Positions 27,835 to 38,199 of a stretch of DNA of 59,521 bases are shown here, piece after piece; position 1 is the first letter of the stretch; each line of letters begins with the position of its first letter. This DNA is from Alphaproteobacteria bacterium (GTDB lineage Bacteria > Pseudomonadota > Alphaproteobacteria > Micropepsales > Micropepsaceae): contig JAFAVP010000174.1 of NCBI GenBank assembly GCA_019242395.1, positions 1 to 59,521 of the forward strand, read 5' to 3'. A program made the translations under genes and the position numbers. Below the pieces are notes generated by a model. It saw nothing but the letters and a program-made list of their open reading frames with translations. It searched no databases and had not been told where the DNA came from.

Positions 27835-27848
27835 CGTAACGCGTCCGC

Positions 27849-28475
27849 TTACCTGCGCTCGTAGACGACCGCATTCCAGAAACGGGCGCGATGAGAGCCT
27901 GATTGCTGGAATCCGCGCTTTCGCAGCTCGCGCCCGATTAGGAAGTTGAAGTAGCCGTGCGCGATCAGCGCTGTGCAGACATTCTCATGTGCTTCGCGCG
28001 TGAGAATGTCTGCCGCACAGGACGCGCGTTGCTTTGCCTTTCGGTAAGTTTCGATCCCCGGATGGTGCCCGGCATGCCAGAGCACACGTGCAACCACTGC
28101 CCATTTCGTCACGCGCATGCGCAGCAGAGGGATTAGAGGCCTCGCAAGCGGTGCCTCTACGAAGAGAGGGTCGATCATCAGCTCTGCATTGGGAGCCAGC
28201 GCTTTGGCGCTTTCATGAGCTCGCTTCCGGTCGCTGGTGAACACGCTGGGCAGCTGGTTGACGAGATCCCGCAGTTGTTCAGGAGGGACGTCCGCAGGAT
28301 CGAGCCCAGCCTGCTCATAGTCGTCAATGTAACGGCCGAACCCACGATGACAGGTCCGAGGTGCTACGGGCAGTGCGGGACGCCCGTGGCGAATGAGGAT
28401 AATCCGCTGCTTCCCGGGCCCTGCATTACGTCTCGTTTCCACTACATTTTCCCTGACACAGCTTTGCGTACTCAT
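27849..28475 (-). CDS. Histidine phosphatase family protein
   Basis: IILIRHG, FTSDRKRA, LIAHG. Start uncertain. Confidence 0.8.
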   Translation of the reverse strand: MSTQSCVRENVVETRRNAGPGKQRIILIRHGRPALPVAPRTCHRGFGRYIDDYEQAGLDPADVPPEQLRDLVNQLPSVFTSDRKRAHESAKALAPNAELMIDPLFVEAPLARPLIPLLRMRVTKWAVVARVLWHAGHHPGIETYRKAKQRASCAADILTREAHENVCTALIAHGYFNFLIGRELRKRGFQQSGSHRARFWNAVVYERR

Positions 28476-28697
28476 CGGATTGCTGGCGGAACAACAAGCC
28501 GGAATTCGATACGAATCCACGCCCAAGGAACAGGCTCTCGTTCGTGAGCGACAATCGGGCGCCCTGTGCATACGCCACGATCAGTGCCAAAGGAGCATTT
28601 TTGCAGACAACTTTCTGCTTCAAGCAGGGAACGAAATGCTGGCCCGCAGGGTGGGGTTGCGATATTGTGGCGAGATAAGGGCTGGAGGCCTCCTTCA

Positions 28698-29201
28698 ATG
28701 CGGTTAAAGCGCCTGGGAATTGTGGCCGCATCTGCGGCTGTTTTGTGGTCAGCGATCGGTTCTGCGGCACCACTCACTGTCAATAAGGAGGTGATTCTCG
28801 CGGAGCACAACAAGTACCGCGCCGAGGTTGGAGTCCCGCCGCTTACCTGGTCGAACAAGCTTGCGGAGGGCGCGCAACGATGGGCGGATACGATCGCTGC
28901 CCTCGATCAGATGAAACACAGCCAAACCTCAGGGGTTGGCGAGAACTTGGCCTTCTGGTCCGGTAGCAATCCCACGCTCACGACTATGATCGGAATGTGG
29001 GAAAAGGAGAAAGAACTGTTCACGCCAGGCACGTTTCCAAACGTGTCGCGGGATGGAAAGTGGCTCTCAGTTTCGCACTATACGCAGATGGTGTGGCGGA
29101 AGACGACCCAAGTGGGTTGCGGGGTGGGCCATGGCAAGAGCGACTTCCTGGTCTGCTGGTACAGTCCGCAGGGCAACTTTATCGGAGACGCGCCGTACTG
29201 A
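28698..29201 (+). CDS. CAP/SCP (PR-1-like) domain secreted protein
   Basis: HNKYRAEVGVPPLTWS, GENLA, HYTQMVW, VCWYSPQGN. Confidence 0.9.
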   Translation: MRLKRLGIVAASAAVLWSAIGSAAPLTVNKEVILAEHNKYRAEVGVPPLTWSNKLAEGAQRWADTIAALDQMKHSQTSGVGENLAFWSGSNPTLTTMIGMWEKEKELFTPGTFPNVSRDGKWLSVSHYTQMVWRKTTQVGCGVGHGKSDFLVCWYSPQGNFIGDAPY

Positions 29202-29239
29202 CGTCTGAGGCACGGGACGGCGGCTCGTACGCTTTAGAT

Positions 29240-29316
29240 TGGTCGGAGAGAGAGGATTCGAACCTCCGGCCCCTAGCTCCCGAAGCTAGTGCTCTACCAG
29301 GCTGAGCTACTCTCCG
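29240..29316 (-). tRNA. tRNA-Pro(CGG)
   Basis: CGGAGAGTAGCTCAGCCTGGTAGAGCA...TTCGGGA...GGTTCGAATCC...CCA cloverleaf. Confidence 0.97.
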
Positions 29317-29397
29317 CTACCAAAGAGGCGGCCTTATAAAGGCGCGACGTCCCTCCCGCAACGCTTGGAGATACAGGCCTTGCCGCCATCGGGCAAA

Positions 29398-29472
29398 TGG
29401 CTGGGGCGGGAGGATTCGAACCTCCGCATGCCGGAATCAAAATCCGGTGCCTTACCGCTTGGCGACGCCCCA
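29398..29472 (-). tRNA. tRNA-Gln(TTG)
   Basis: TGGGGCGTCGCCAAGCGGTAAGGCA...TTTTGAT...GGTTCGAATCC...CCA. Confidence 0.97.
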
Positions 29473-29599
29473 AAAGGCTGCGGACCTTACTGGGCTGGGC
29501 GAGGGGATTCAACGCGCGTACCCGGCAAGACAACGCAGATCGAGACTTGTCTAGCTCAGTCGGGGAAGGCTTACTCAGTCGGGTGACAGAGGTTCGGCC

Positions 29600-30454
29600 A
29601 TGCCCATCAATTACGACGAGATCATGCGGTTAAAAGCCGAGGGCGAGGAGTTCTCCTACCGTGAGCGCGAAACAATGCTTTACGCGCTAGGGGTCGGCTT
29701 TATGCGTGATCCTCTGAACGAAAGAGAGCTGCCATTTGTGTACGAGAATGGTCTGCGGGCCGTGCCGACCATGGCGACTGTCGTTGCCTGGGGCCAATCC
29801 CTGATCGGACGCACCGGCGTGAATTACTTGATGCTGGTACACGGCGAGCAGCGGCTCACCTTACACAAGCCATTGCCGCCATACGCGGATATCGTTTCGG
29901 ACGAGCGAATTGTCGGGGCTTATGACAAAGGGCCCGGCAAGGGCGCGCTCATCGTGTCCGAAAAAACTATTCGCGATAAGACTACGGGAGAGAAACTGTG
30001 TACACTAAGCGGTACCGCCTTTTGCCGAGGCGACGGCGGGTTCGGTGGGCCCAAAGAGGGCGCGCCCGAACCGCATCCGCTGCCGTCGCGCCCCCCCGAT
30101 CTGGTGCATGAAGCCGACACAAGGCCGGATCAAGCGTTTCTCTATGCCCTTTCCGGCGATCGCAATCCGCTGCACCGCGATCCGCGCGTGGCAAAGATGG
30201 CCGGTTTCCCGCGGCCGATACTGCATGGGCTGTGCACCTACGGGATCGCTTGCCGGTCGGTTCTGTCCACCGCCTGCGATTACGAACCGGCAAAGATCGT
30301 GGGCTTCGATGTGCGCTTCTCGGCCCCCGTTTTCCCTGGCGAAACCATTGCCACAGAGATGTGGCTGGATGGCGCAGTTGTCTCCTTCCGATCGCGAGTG
30401 AAAGAACGCGATGTCGTTTGTCTCAACAATGGCAAGTGCACCCTCGCCATCTGA
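29600..30454 (+). CDS. MaoC-like double-hotdog dehydratase (enoyl-CoA hydratase 2 type)
   Basis: LYALGVG, LVHGEQ, YALSGDRNPLHRDP, PILHGLCTYG. Confidence 0.9.
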   Translation: MPINYDEIMRLKAEGEEFSYRERETMLYALGVGFMRDPLNERELPFVYENGLRAVPTMATVVAWGQSLIGRTGVNYLMLVHGEQRLTLHKPLPPYADIVSDERIVGAYDKGPGKGALIVSEKTIRDKTTGEKLCTLSGTAFCRGDGGFGGPKEGAPEPHPLPSRPPDLVHEADTRPDQAFLYALSGDRNPLHRDPRVAKMAGFPRPILHGLCTYGIACRSVLSTACDYEPAKIVGFDVRFSAPVFPGETIATEMWLDGAVVSFRSRVKERDVVCLNNGKCTLAI

Positions 30455-31511
30455 CCGGTTGGCCAAGGCGCAGAATCTGCTTGAGAGCGGCAGGCCGGCA
30501 GAATCTGCGGCGCTGTTAAAATCGCTGATAGTAGCCGGACGCGCGGGGCTCCTTGCCAGAATTGTGTATTCGAGGGCTTCGGCTGCGGCGGGTGAACTTG
30601 ACGCTGCCGCTGAAAGCGCTCGCGACACTGCTTTACTCTATCCTCACGCAGCTACGGCAGCATTGGCGTTAGGCGAGGCGTTGCTTTCAGCGGAGCGGCT
30701 GCCCACGGCGATAGCAGAATTGCAGAGAGCGTTGCGCATCGATCCTGAACTTCTCGAAGCGCGGTACGGGCTAGGCTGTGCATGGCTGCAAGCAGGCGAG
30801 CCAGACAAAGCGCTGGAGGAATTCGCGCGCATCCCTGAAGAGCGCGCGCCGGCGGATATAGGCGCAAAGAGAGCGCAGGCGGCATACATGAGCGCGGCGC
30901 CGCGGGCCAACGCGGCTTACGTGCGCCACCTCTTCGACCAGTTTTCGGCGGAGTATGACGCGCGCATGCTGGGCCAGCTCGCCTACCGGGCGCCGGGAAT
31001 CCTTCGCGAACTCGCGGCGCTCGTCGTACCGAATATGCAAGGGCTTGCCATTCTCGATCTAGGCTGTGGCACGGGTTTGTCGGGCTTGGCTTTCAGGGCG
31101 CTGGCCACACGGCTGGACGGTGTGGACCTGAGTCCTGCCATGATCGAAAAGGCACGGGCACGCGGCATCTATGATCGCCTGGTGGTCGCCGATATTGAAG
31201 CTCCGATATCCGACGCATATGACCTGATAGTCGCGGCTGATACGCTGGTTTATCTCGGGGACATCAGAAAGGTCTTAACATCAGCTTGTGAGGCACTCTC
31301 GTCTGGAGGGGTGTTCTTATTCACGGTCGAAAAGGATGCGGTCGACCGCTTCTCCCTCGGCCCAAAGCGCCGATGGCGGCATTCGGAGGCTTACCTTCGC
31401 GGTGAAGCACAACGACAGGGCCTAGATGTTGCCGCGCTGATCGAATGCTCCCCAAGGACCGAAGCTGGCATGGCCGTAGAAGGATTCGCGGTTGCCCTGC
31501 GCAAGGGGTAA
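30429..31511 (+). CDS. TPR-containing SAM-dependent methyltransferase
   Basis: TPR N-terminus, YVRHLFDQF, LDLGCGTGL, GVDLS. Confidence 0.88.
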   Translation: MASAPSPSDRLAKAQNLLESGRPAESAALLKSLIVAGRAGLLARIVYSRASAAAGELDAAAESARDTALLYPHAATAALALGEALLSAERLPTAIAELQRALRIDPELLEARYGLGCAWLQAGEPDKALEEFARIPEERAPADIGAKRAQAAYMSAAPRANAAYVRHLFDQFSAEYDARMLGQLAYRAPGILRELAALVVPNMQGLAILDLGCGTGLSGLAFRALATRLDGVDLSPAMIEKARARGIYDRLVVADIEAPISDAYDLIVAADTLVYLGDIRKVLTSACEALSSGGVFLFTVEKDAVDRFSLGPKRRWRHSEAYLRGEAQRQGLDVAALIECSPRTEAGMAVEGFAVALRKG

Positions 31512-31589
31512 ACTCGGCACATCGCGTCTGCGCCATAGCTGAGTGCCTTTCATCAGCCCGCCTCGGAAACTGCTATTAGTCCAGGGAGA

Positions 31590-32210
31590 ATGTGCATGAC
31601 GCGCACCATCGGTATTCTCGTCTTCGATGACGCCGAGGAACTCGACTTCGTTGGACCATGGGAAGTCTTCACCATGACGAACGAGGTGTTCGCGATGTCA
31701 GGCCGTGAGCGGCCCTACGATGTGCTGCTCCTTGCGGAGCGCGAGGCGCCGGTCCGCTGCGCAAAGGGTATGCGTGTGCTTCCGGATCGTATGGTCAGCC
31801 AGTGCGAAAAGCTGGACGTTCTTCTCGTTCCGGGGGGAATGGGAACCCGGCGCGAAGCAGAGAATCGGGCACTCCTGGCCTGGATAGTCAGAATCGCGGA
31901 GGACGCGGAGTGGATCGCTAGCGTGTGCACCGGCGCGCTTCTGCTCACGGCAGCTGGCCCCGCGAAAGGGAAACGAGTCACCACGCATTGGGCGTTCGTG
32001 GAGCAACTCCGGGCACGAAAAGAAGCAGCAGAGGTGCTGGAACGGGTCCGCTATGTGCGGGATGGCAAGCTGGTCACTGCGGCCGGGGTTTCCGCGGGTT
32101 TGGATATGGCATTGTGGCTGGTAGGCCAGATGCACGGCACGGCCATGGCCCGGACGGTCCAACGGGCGATGGAATACGACCCCGCCCCTCCCTATGCCGC
32201 AGACGTTTAA
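31590..32210 (+). CDS. DJ-1/PfpI family protein
   Basis: EELDFVGPWEV, VPGG, SVCTGA, TAAGVSAGLD, EYDPAPP. Confidence 0.9.
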   Translation: MCMTRTIGILVFDDAEELDFVGPWEVFTMTNEVFAMSGRERPYDVLLLAEREAPVRCAKGMRVLPDRMVSQCEKLDVLLVPGGMGTRREAENRALLAWIVRIAEDAEWIASVCTGALLLTAAGPAKGKRVTTHWAFVEQLRARKEAAEVLERVRYVRDGKLVTAAGVSAGLDMALWLVGQMHGTAMARTVQRAMEYDPAPPYAADV

Positions 32211-32286
32211 AGCGGCCATTCATCCCCCTTATCGGCCGCGCGCGAATATGCTTTGTTCCGGGACAATGTTGGATGGAGTAGGTAGT

Positions 32287-32718
32287 ATGTGGGCTCGTTC
32301 GGCGCTGACGTTGCTCTTTTTTGCGGGTTGGTGCCCGTACGCCTTGGCGCAGTCTTGCGGCAGCGCGCCGATCGCTCCTGCCCTCGCCAGCGCCACCGAA
32401 ATCAAGCAGGATTCGCCTGCCGCTGCGGCCGCGGCTAAGCACGATGCCTTCGTAGAAATCAAGAGCTGGCAGGATGAGCTGAAAAGCTATCGCGCCTGCA
32501 TGGTCAGCTTCGGCAACGAAGCCAAACGCCAGATCCCGCAACTCGATCCGCAGAAGGATGCGGACAAGCTCAAGCGCTATCAGGATCAAGTCAAGGCGGC
32601 CGATCACGCCTACGACACTTCCGTCGATATGGAGGAGCGCGTCGTCAACGAGTTCCATGCCATTCAAGCGGCGTATTGCACGCGTAGCGACGTGGACAAA
32701 TCCAGCTGCCCGAAATAG
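32287..32718 (+). CDS. Secreted hypothetical protein
   Basis: Signal peptide, helical body and paired Cys. Confidence 0.7.
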   Translation: MWARSALTLLFFAGWCPYALAQSCGSAPIAPALASATEIKQDSPAAAAAAKHDAFVEIKSWQDELKSYRACMVSFGNEAKRQIPQLDPQKDADKLKRYQDQVKAADHAYDTSVDMEERVVNEFHAIQAAYCTRSDVDKSSCPK

Positions 32719-32771
32719 CGGCTGCGCTCCCCGCGTTGGGGATAAGGGCGAATCACTTTAGTTTGGCTTTT

Positions 32772-33374
32772 ATGAGTCCCGGCGAGCAGAATCGCCTCGA
32801 GCGGCGTGTGCGCGTTCGTACCGCGGCGCGTGATGACATCCTTGCCGCGGCACGGCGGGTAGCGGAGCGTGAAGGTGCGCGCAATCTGTCGCTAAGGAGC
32901 GTGGCGGCCGAAGCAGGGTTCGCGCCGGCGACTCTTTACGGCTACTTCCGCAACAAGGACGAACTGATGCTGGCGCTGGCTGCAGACGATCTTGGCCGGC
33001 TGGTGCACGCCATGCGGGATGCCGCGCGCGAGGGAGAAGACCGGCTCACGGCCGCGGCCTCTGCTGCCCTTGATCTGCTTGCCAATGCCGAAACATTGGC
33101 TGCTGCGTCCACCGCCATTGCACCGGAAGCAAACGGAAGCGAGATGGGCCGGCTGTTCAACGGGCGGCTGATTGCGGCGCTGACGACATTGGCAGCCGCC
33201 GCTGGTGGCCCGGCGGAAAGCCGTGAATCGCAGACTGACATCGTATTGATGGGGGCGGCGCTCGCGGGGTTAGCCATGCTTCGGCGCGGCGGCCGCTTGC
33301 AGGCCCTTGGCTTTTCGGTGGAAGAAGTGTTGGCCCGCCTGCACCAGTTCCCGCAAACGAAACAGGCCGCGTAG
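32772..33374 (+). CDS. TetR/AcrR family regulator
   Basis: ILAAARRV...SLRSVAAEAGFAPATLYGYFRNKDEL HTH. Confidence 0.9.
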   Translation: MSPGEQNRLERRVRVRTAARDDILAAARRVAEREGARNLSLRSVAAEAGFAPATLYGYFRNKDELMLALAADDLGRLVHAMRDAAREGEDRLTAAASAALDLLANAETLAAASTAIAPEANGSEMGRLFNGRLIAALTTLAAAAGGPAESRESQTDIVLMGAALAGLAMLRRGGRLQALGFSVEEVLARLHQFPQTKQAA

Positions 33375-33378
33375 TTCT

Positions 33379-34260
33379 TTATTTGCGCAGCCCACCGCCG
33401 CCAGGGGCGGAAAAGAAGTGGAAGAAATCGCTGTTGGGGGATGTAACGAGCGTGGTGTTCTCGCCGGGCAGTGCCTCCTGATAAGCCTGCATGGAACGGT
33501 AAAAGGCGAAGAAATCGGCATCCTGACCGAAAGCATCGGCAAGAATCTTGGTCTTCTCCGCGTCGCCCTGGCCACGCAGAATAGAGGATTCGCGCGTGGC
33601 CTCCGCGAGCAGAACAGTCACTTCGCGTTCCGCGCGGGCGCGGATGCGCTGTGAGATTTCAGAGCCTTCGGCGCGGTATTCGTTCGCTTCTCGCTTCCGC
33701 TCCTGCATCATGCGGTTGTAAATGGCTTGGCTGTTCTCCGCCGGCAGGTCGGCGTGGCGGATGCGGACGTCCACGATCTTGATGCCGAAATTGCGCGCCT
33801 CCTGGTTCATGTTGTCGCGAATGTCGCGCATCAGCTCTTCGCGCCGTGCCGAAAGTACTGCCGCGAAGTTTTGGGAGCCCAGCACACGGCGCACATTCGA
33901 ACTGAGGATCGACGTGAGGCGTATCTGAGCCGTGTCCAGGTCGTACAGCGATTGGTAAAAGCGCAGCGGGTCGAGAATCCGCCAGCGCGCAAAAGCGTCC
34001 ACGACCAGCCGCTTCTTGTCCTGCGCGATCACCTCTTCGGATGGGGCTTCTAGATTGAGCAACCGCTTGTCGAGGAACACAACGCTCTGTACCCAAGGCA
34101 GTTTGGTGTGCAGGCCAGGATCGGTGACGATTTCGCGGGGGGCGTTGAATTGCAACAGCAGCGCCTGCTCCGTCTGGGTCACGGTGTAGAAGCAGGATAG
34201 TCCGAACAGCAGAAGTATGACAGCGCTGATTCCGCCCGCAAGGAGCCCGATTCGACTCAT
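33379..34260 (-). CDS. hflC: FtsH protease modulator HflC
   Basis: SPFH domain; DKKRLVVD, VDVRI, RGQGDA, FFAFYRSMQAY. Confidence 0.95.
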   Translation of the reverse strand: MSRIGLLAGGISAVILLLFGLSCFYTVTQTEQALLLQFNAPREIVTDPGLHTKLPWVQSVVFLDKRLLNLEAPSEEVIAQDKKRLVVDAFARWRILDPLRFYQSLYDLDTAQIRLTSILSSNVRRVLGSQNFAAVLSARREELMRDIRDNMNQEARNFGIKIVDVRIRHADLPAENSQAIYNRMMQERKREANEYRAEGSEISQRIRARAEREVTVLLAEATRESSILRGQGDAEKTKILADAFGQDADFFAFYRSMQAYQEALPGENTTLVTSPNSDFFHFFSAPGGGGLRK

Positions 34261-35432
34261 GGCGAAGCGCCTTCGGTGCTAGAGACGCTGGGGGCAATCT
34301 GGGAGGCATTGGGAGTCACCGTCACGCTCTCCTGGCCGCCCCGTCCGAAGGTTTGCGGCGGCAGGTACGGGATGATGTTCTTCGCAGCGTTCTCATCCAC
34401 AATCACCTTGTTCATGGGTGCAAAGAGGCGCGACATAGTTTCGAGGTACATCCGCTTGCGCGTTACTTCCGGCGCTTTGCGATATTCCTGGTACACGGAG
34501 GTGAATTGCTTGCCCGCGCCGCTTGCCTCGGCGATGGCCTTCTGCTTGTAGCCCTGTGCCTCTTGAACGATGCGCGCAGCCTGGCCGCGGGCCTCGGGAA
34601 TGATCTTGTTGGCGTACGCTTCCGCCTCGTTTCGCATGCGATCCTGATCGGTGCGTGCCGCCTGCACGTCGCGGTAAGCGGAAATCACTTCCTGCGGCGG
34701 ATCGACCTTCTGCATCTGCACGCGCGTAATGGTAACCCCGGCGCCGTACGCATCCAGCGTCTTCTGCATCACCTCGCGCACCTGAATCTGCACGGGCTCG
34801 CGGTCCTGGGTGAGAATGCGTTCGATCTGGTTCTGACCCACCACCTGCCGCATCGCGCTTTCCGCGACCGCTTTGATCGCTTGATCTGGATTGTCGACGT
34901 GGAACAGATAGTCGCCGGCATCCTTGATCACCCAAAACACCGTGAAGTTCACATCGATGATGTTCTCGTCGCCCGTAAGCATCAGGCTTTCCTCTGGAAT
35001 ATCCTCGGTGTTGGTTTGACCGTTCTGATCCGTAACCTGCCCATAGCCGATGTTGATCTGGTTCTCCTTGGTCACCTCCGGCGTTTCCACAGTCTCGACG
35101 GGCCAGGGAAGGTGGTAATTGATGCCGGGGCCCGTGCGTGCAGTGAATGCGCCGAACCGCAGCACCACCCCCTGCTCGCGCGCGCCCACGACGTAAATGC
35201 CGGACAGCAGCCACACGACCGCAATGGCGAGTAGTAGGATCACCAGCGTGCCGGTGGTGAATCCGCCGCCACCACCTGGAAGAAGTCCCCGCAAGCGCTC
35301 TTGCGCTCGACGGAGCACATCCTCGAGGCCGGGAGGCCTGCCACCCGCATTGCCTCCGCCCCCGGATTGCGGGGCATGACCCCACGGCCCCTTGTGGCCG
35401 TCATCGCCGCCCGTTTGGTTGGTCCAAGGCAT
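34257..35432 (-). CDS. hflK: FtsH protease modulator HflK
   Basis: MPW...GPWG, MLTGDENI, NEAEAYAN, APEVTRKRMYLETM. Confidence 0.95.
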   Translation of the reverse strand: MPWTNQTGGDDGHKGPWGHAPQSGGGGNAGGRPPGLEDVLRRAQERLRGLLPGGGGGFTTGTLVILLLAIAVVWLLSGIYVVGAREQGVVLRFGAFTARTGPGINYHLPWPVETVETPEVTKENQINIGYGQVTDQNGQTNTEDIPEESLMLTGDENIIDVNFTVFWVIKDAGDYLFHVDNPDQAIKAVAESAMRQVVGQNQIERILTQDREPVQIQVREVMQKTLDAYGAGVTITRVQMQKVDPPQEVISAYRDVQAARTDQDRMRNEAEAYANKIIPEARGQAARIVQEAQGYKQKAIAEASGAGKQFTSVYQEYRKAPEVTRKRMYLETMSRLFAPMNKVIVDENAAKNIIPYLPPQTFGRGGQESVTVTPNASQIAPSVSSTEGASP

Positions 35433-35527
35433 CGTGACTCGTGGAAAACGGAATGCTGTGCCCCAGCGATTCCTGGTTCGAGATGCGTGCGCGTTATATA
35501 GGCTCTCTTGAGAAAGGCGCAAACCGC

Positions 35528-36613
35528 ATGGCTATTACCAAGGAGGATGTGCTGAAGGCGCTTGCGGCAGTCGTGGATCCAGCCACAGGCAAGGGCATGG
35601 ATGCCGGGATGGTCCAGGGCTTGGTGCTGCGCGATGGCAACATTGGGTTTGCCATAGAGGTGCCACCGGGCCGGGGCCGCAATGCGGAGCCTCTTCGCCG
35701 GGCATGTGAAGCGGCCGTCGCGCGTATGCCCGGCGTGCTGTCCGTCACTGCTGTTTTGACCGCGCATCAGCAGGGACACCCGCAGCCCACATCGCCGGCG
35801 TCGCGTGCTGCGCCACAGGCAGGAATTGCGGGTGTGGAATCCGTAATCGCGGTGGCAAGCGGAAAGGGAGGTGTCGGCAAATCCACGGTGGCCGTGAACT
35901 TGGCGTTGGCGCTGTCGCAGCTCGGAATGAAGGCGGGGCTCCTCGATGCGGATATCTATGGCCCGTCCGTGCCGCGGCTGCTCGGCATCGACAGGAAGCC
36001 GGTGAGTGACGGGCACAAACTGCAGCCGGTCGAAAAGTTCGGCATCAAAGCAATGTCGATTGGCTTTCTCGTCGGTGAGGAATCGCCGCTGGTGTGGCGC
36101 GGACCCATGGTCCAGAGCGCACTAATGCAGATGATGAATGATGTTGCATGGGCACCGCTCGACATTCTGGTTCTCGATATGCCCCCCGGTACGGGAGATG
36201 CGCAGCTAACAATCGCTCAGCGTGTGCCGCTCAAAGGAGCTCTGATCGTATCCACGCCACAGGACATTGCGTTGATCGATGCGCGGAAAGGCCTTCAGAT
36301 GTTCCGCAAGACGGAAGTGCCCGTGCTTGGTATCGTGGAGAACATGAGCGTCTTCGTCTGCCCGCATTGTGGGCATGCGTCGCACATTTTCGGTCATGGC
36401 GGTGCGCGAGCTACGGCGATGGAGCTCCACGCACCCTTTCTCGGAGAAATTCCTCTCGTGCCCGCCATCCGGCAGATGTCAGACGCCGGTACCCCTGTGG
36501 TGGCGGTGAGGGCTGAAAGCCAAGAGGCGCAAAGCTTTCTTGCATTGGCAAGGCAGGTCGCAGAGAAAATCGCCGCACCGGTACGCGCAGCACCCAGAAT
36601 TGTGATTGAATAG
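35528..36613 (+). CDS. mrp: Mrp/NBP35 Fe-S cluster carrier ATPase
   Basis: SGKGGVGKST, DADIYGPS, WRGPM, DMPPGTGD, ENMS..CPHC. Confidence 0.95.
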   Translation: MAITKEDVLKALAAVVDPATGKGMDAGMVQGLVLRDGNIGFAIEVPPGRGRNAEPLRRACEAAVARMPGVLSVTAVLTAHQQGHPQPTSPASRAAPQAGIAGVESVIAVASGKGGVGKSTVAVNLALALSQLGMKAGLLDADIYGPSVPRLLGIDRKPVSDGHKLQPVEKFGIKAMSIGFLVGEESPLVWRGPMVQSALMQMMNDVAWAPLDILVLDMPPGTGDAQLTIAQRVPLKGALIVSTPQDIALIDARKGLQMFRKTEVPVLGIVENMSVFVCPHCGHASHIFGHGGARATAMELHAPFLGEIPLVPAIRQMSDAGTPVVAVRAESQEAQSFLALARQVAEKIAAPVRAAPRIVIE

Positions 36614-36618
36614 CGCTC

Positions 36619-37254
36619 ATGTCCACGCCGAAGCCGCAAATCCGCAGCGCGTTCGCCACGCCCCTTTGCATTCACTATCTGCCCGTTGCGGCGGAAGTGA
36701 ATGCCGAGTTGCGGCCTCTGATTCTGGAGACGCTGGAGAAGCGGGGCGAGCGAAGAGCGAATGGGTGGTGCTCGTCAGCCGATTTCGAGAGTTGGGGCAA
36801 ACTGGGCGCGCAGACGCTGTTCCGAATGCTCCGGGAATTGGGCGACAGCATGACTTCAACCCGCACCGGAGGCCGCGTGACACTGCAATGGGTGAGCAGA
36901 GCGTGGGCCGAGGTACGGCAGAAGGGCGAAGCTGTGGCGCCTGCGGCGCGGCCTGGCGCCTTTTGGGCCGGCCTTTACGTTGTCGACGACGGCTACGGAA
37001 AGTCTGACGACGAAACCCTAGGCGGAGAATGCGAGGTCATGGATCCCCGGGGTGCGTTATCCGGTTATTTTCCGGCCGATCTCGCGTTTCGCATTCCGGG
37101 CGGCGGCACCGCTGGCATGAGCGAAGTGTTGCGGCCGAAGAGCGGCATGATCCTTATGCACCCCGGCTGGATGGTGCGTGCCGAGCGCACCTTCTCGGGA
37201 CCGGGTCAGCGGATGACCATCGAATTCGAACTCGCGCTGCCGCACCAATCCTGA
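36619..37254 (+). CDS. TIGR02466-like 2OG-Fe(II) oxygenase-fold protein lacking metal ligands
   Basis: FATP, GWCSS, WAGLYVVDDG, DPRG, PKSGMILMHPGW scaffold. Confidence 0.65.
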   Translation: MSTPKPQIRSAFATPLCIHYLPVAAEVNAELRPLILETLEKRGERRANGWCSSADFESWGKLGAQTLFRMLRELGDSMTSTRTGGRVTLQWVSRAWAEVRQKGEAVAPAARPGAFWAGLYVVDDGYGKSDDETLGGECEVMDPRGALSGYFPADLAFRIPGGGTAGMSEVLRPKSGMILMHPGWMVRAERTFSGPGQRMTIEFELALPHQS

Positions 37255-38169
37255 TTACGCGCTGTAGTTCAGGCGTAAGCCAGGCTTTGGCCAATCCATC
37301 GCGATCAGTTTTCCCGTACCAGACATGGTGATGTAGGCGGTTTTCATATTCTTGCCGCCCCAGCAGATGTTGGTGATCAGCGGATCGGGCAATGACGTAT
37401 GCTTCACTCGCTTGCTGCCGGGCCAGAAGGTGGTGATTCCGCCCGCTAGAATGGTGGCCACGCATACTGCGCCATCCGCCTGCACCCCGAGTGAGTCGAA
37501 ATAGGCAAGCCCCGGAAAGGCACCCACGAAAATTCCTGGTGTGAAACCCTCTACCTTCTCAGCCTTGCCGGGCCGGGTCAGCGGTAGGGACCACAAGCGG
37601 CCGGTGAATGTCTCCGCGTAATAGACCGTCTTGCCATCCGGTGAGAGACCGACGCCGTTCGGCGTGATCAGCTCGCGCAGCACCTGGGTGATCTTCGACC
37701 CATCCGCTCTCGCGTAATAGAGCGCGCCGTGGGTGCGGCCGGATTTGGTTCCCCGTCCGTAATCTGTGAACCAGAAGCCACCATGCGCATCGAACACGAT
37801 GTCGTTAGGGCCAATCAAGCGTTGCCCGTCGCAGGACTCGTACAGCACCTCTGTTCGGCCAGTTGAGATATCGACGCGCTCGATGCGGCCGCCAGCGTGG
37901 CCTTCCGGCGCGTGGCCGGGGATCGTAAGCCCCTGCCGTTTCACGTAGCTGAAGCTGCCGCCGTTGTTGCAAACGTAGAGTGCGCCATCGGGACCGGCTG
38001 CCAAACCATTCGGCCCGCCGCCGGTTCTCGCCACCGTCTGAGTCCTGCCATCCGCCTTCACGCGGGTTATGCGCCCTGCCGCGATCTCGCAGACGACAAC
38101 AGAGCCGTCATCCATCGCCGCAGGCCCTTCCGGAAACTTCAATCCCGATGCAAGCTCTCGAAATGCCAT
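37255..38169 (-). CDS. SMP-30/gluconolactonase family protein
   Basis: GLKFPEGP, GGGPNG, PNDIVFD, PNGVGLSPDG, TNICWGG. Confidence 0.9.
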   Translation of the reverse strand: MAFRELASGLKFPEGPAAMDDGSVVVCEIAAGRITRVKADGRTQTVARTGGGPNGLAAGPDGALYVCNNGGSFSYVKRQGLTIPGHAPEGHAGGRIERVDISTGRTEVLYESCDGQRLIGPNDIVFDAHGGFWFTDYGRGTKSGRTHGALYYARADGSKITQVLRELITPNGVGLSPDGKTVYYAETFTGRLWSLPLTRPGKAEKVEGFTPGIFVGAFPGLAYFDSLGVQADGAVCVATILAGGITTFWPGSKRVKHTSLPDPLITNICWGGKNMKTAYITMSGTGKLIAMDWPKPGLRLNYSA

Positions 38170-38199
38170 GCGCACCCTCCGATCACACCTATGGCGAGG

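Noticed and set aside
29240-29472. tRNA pair as an island attachment site
   Set aside because: No integrase and no duplicated tRNA 3' end noticed in the window.
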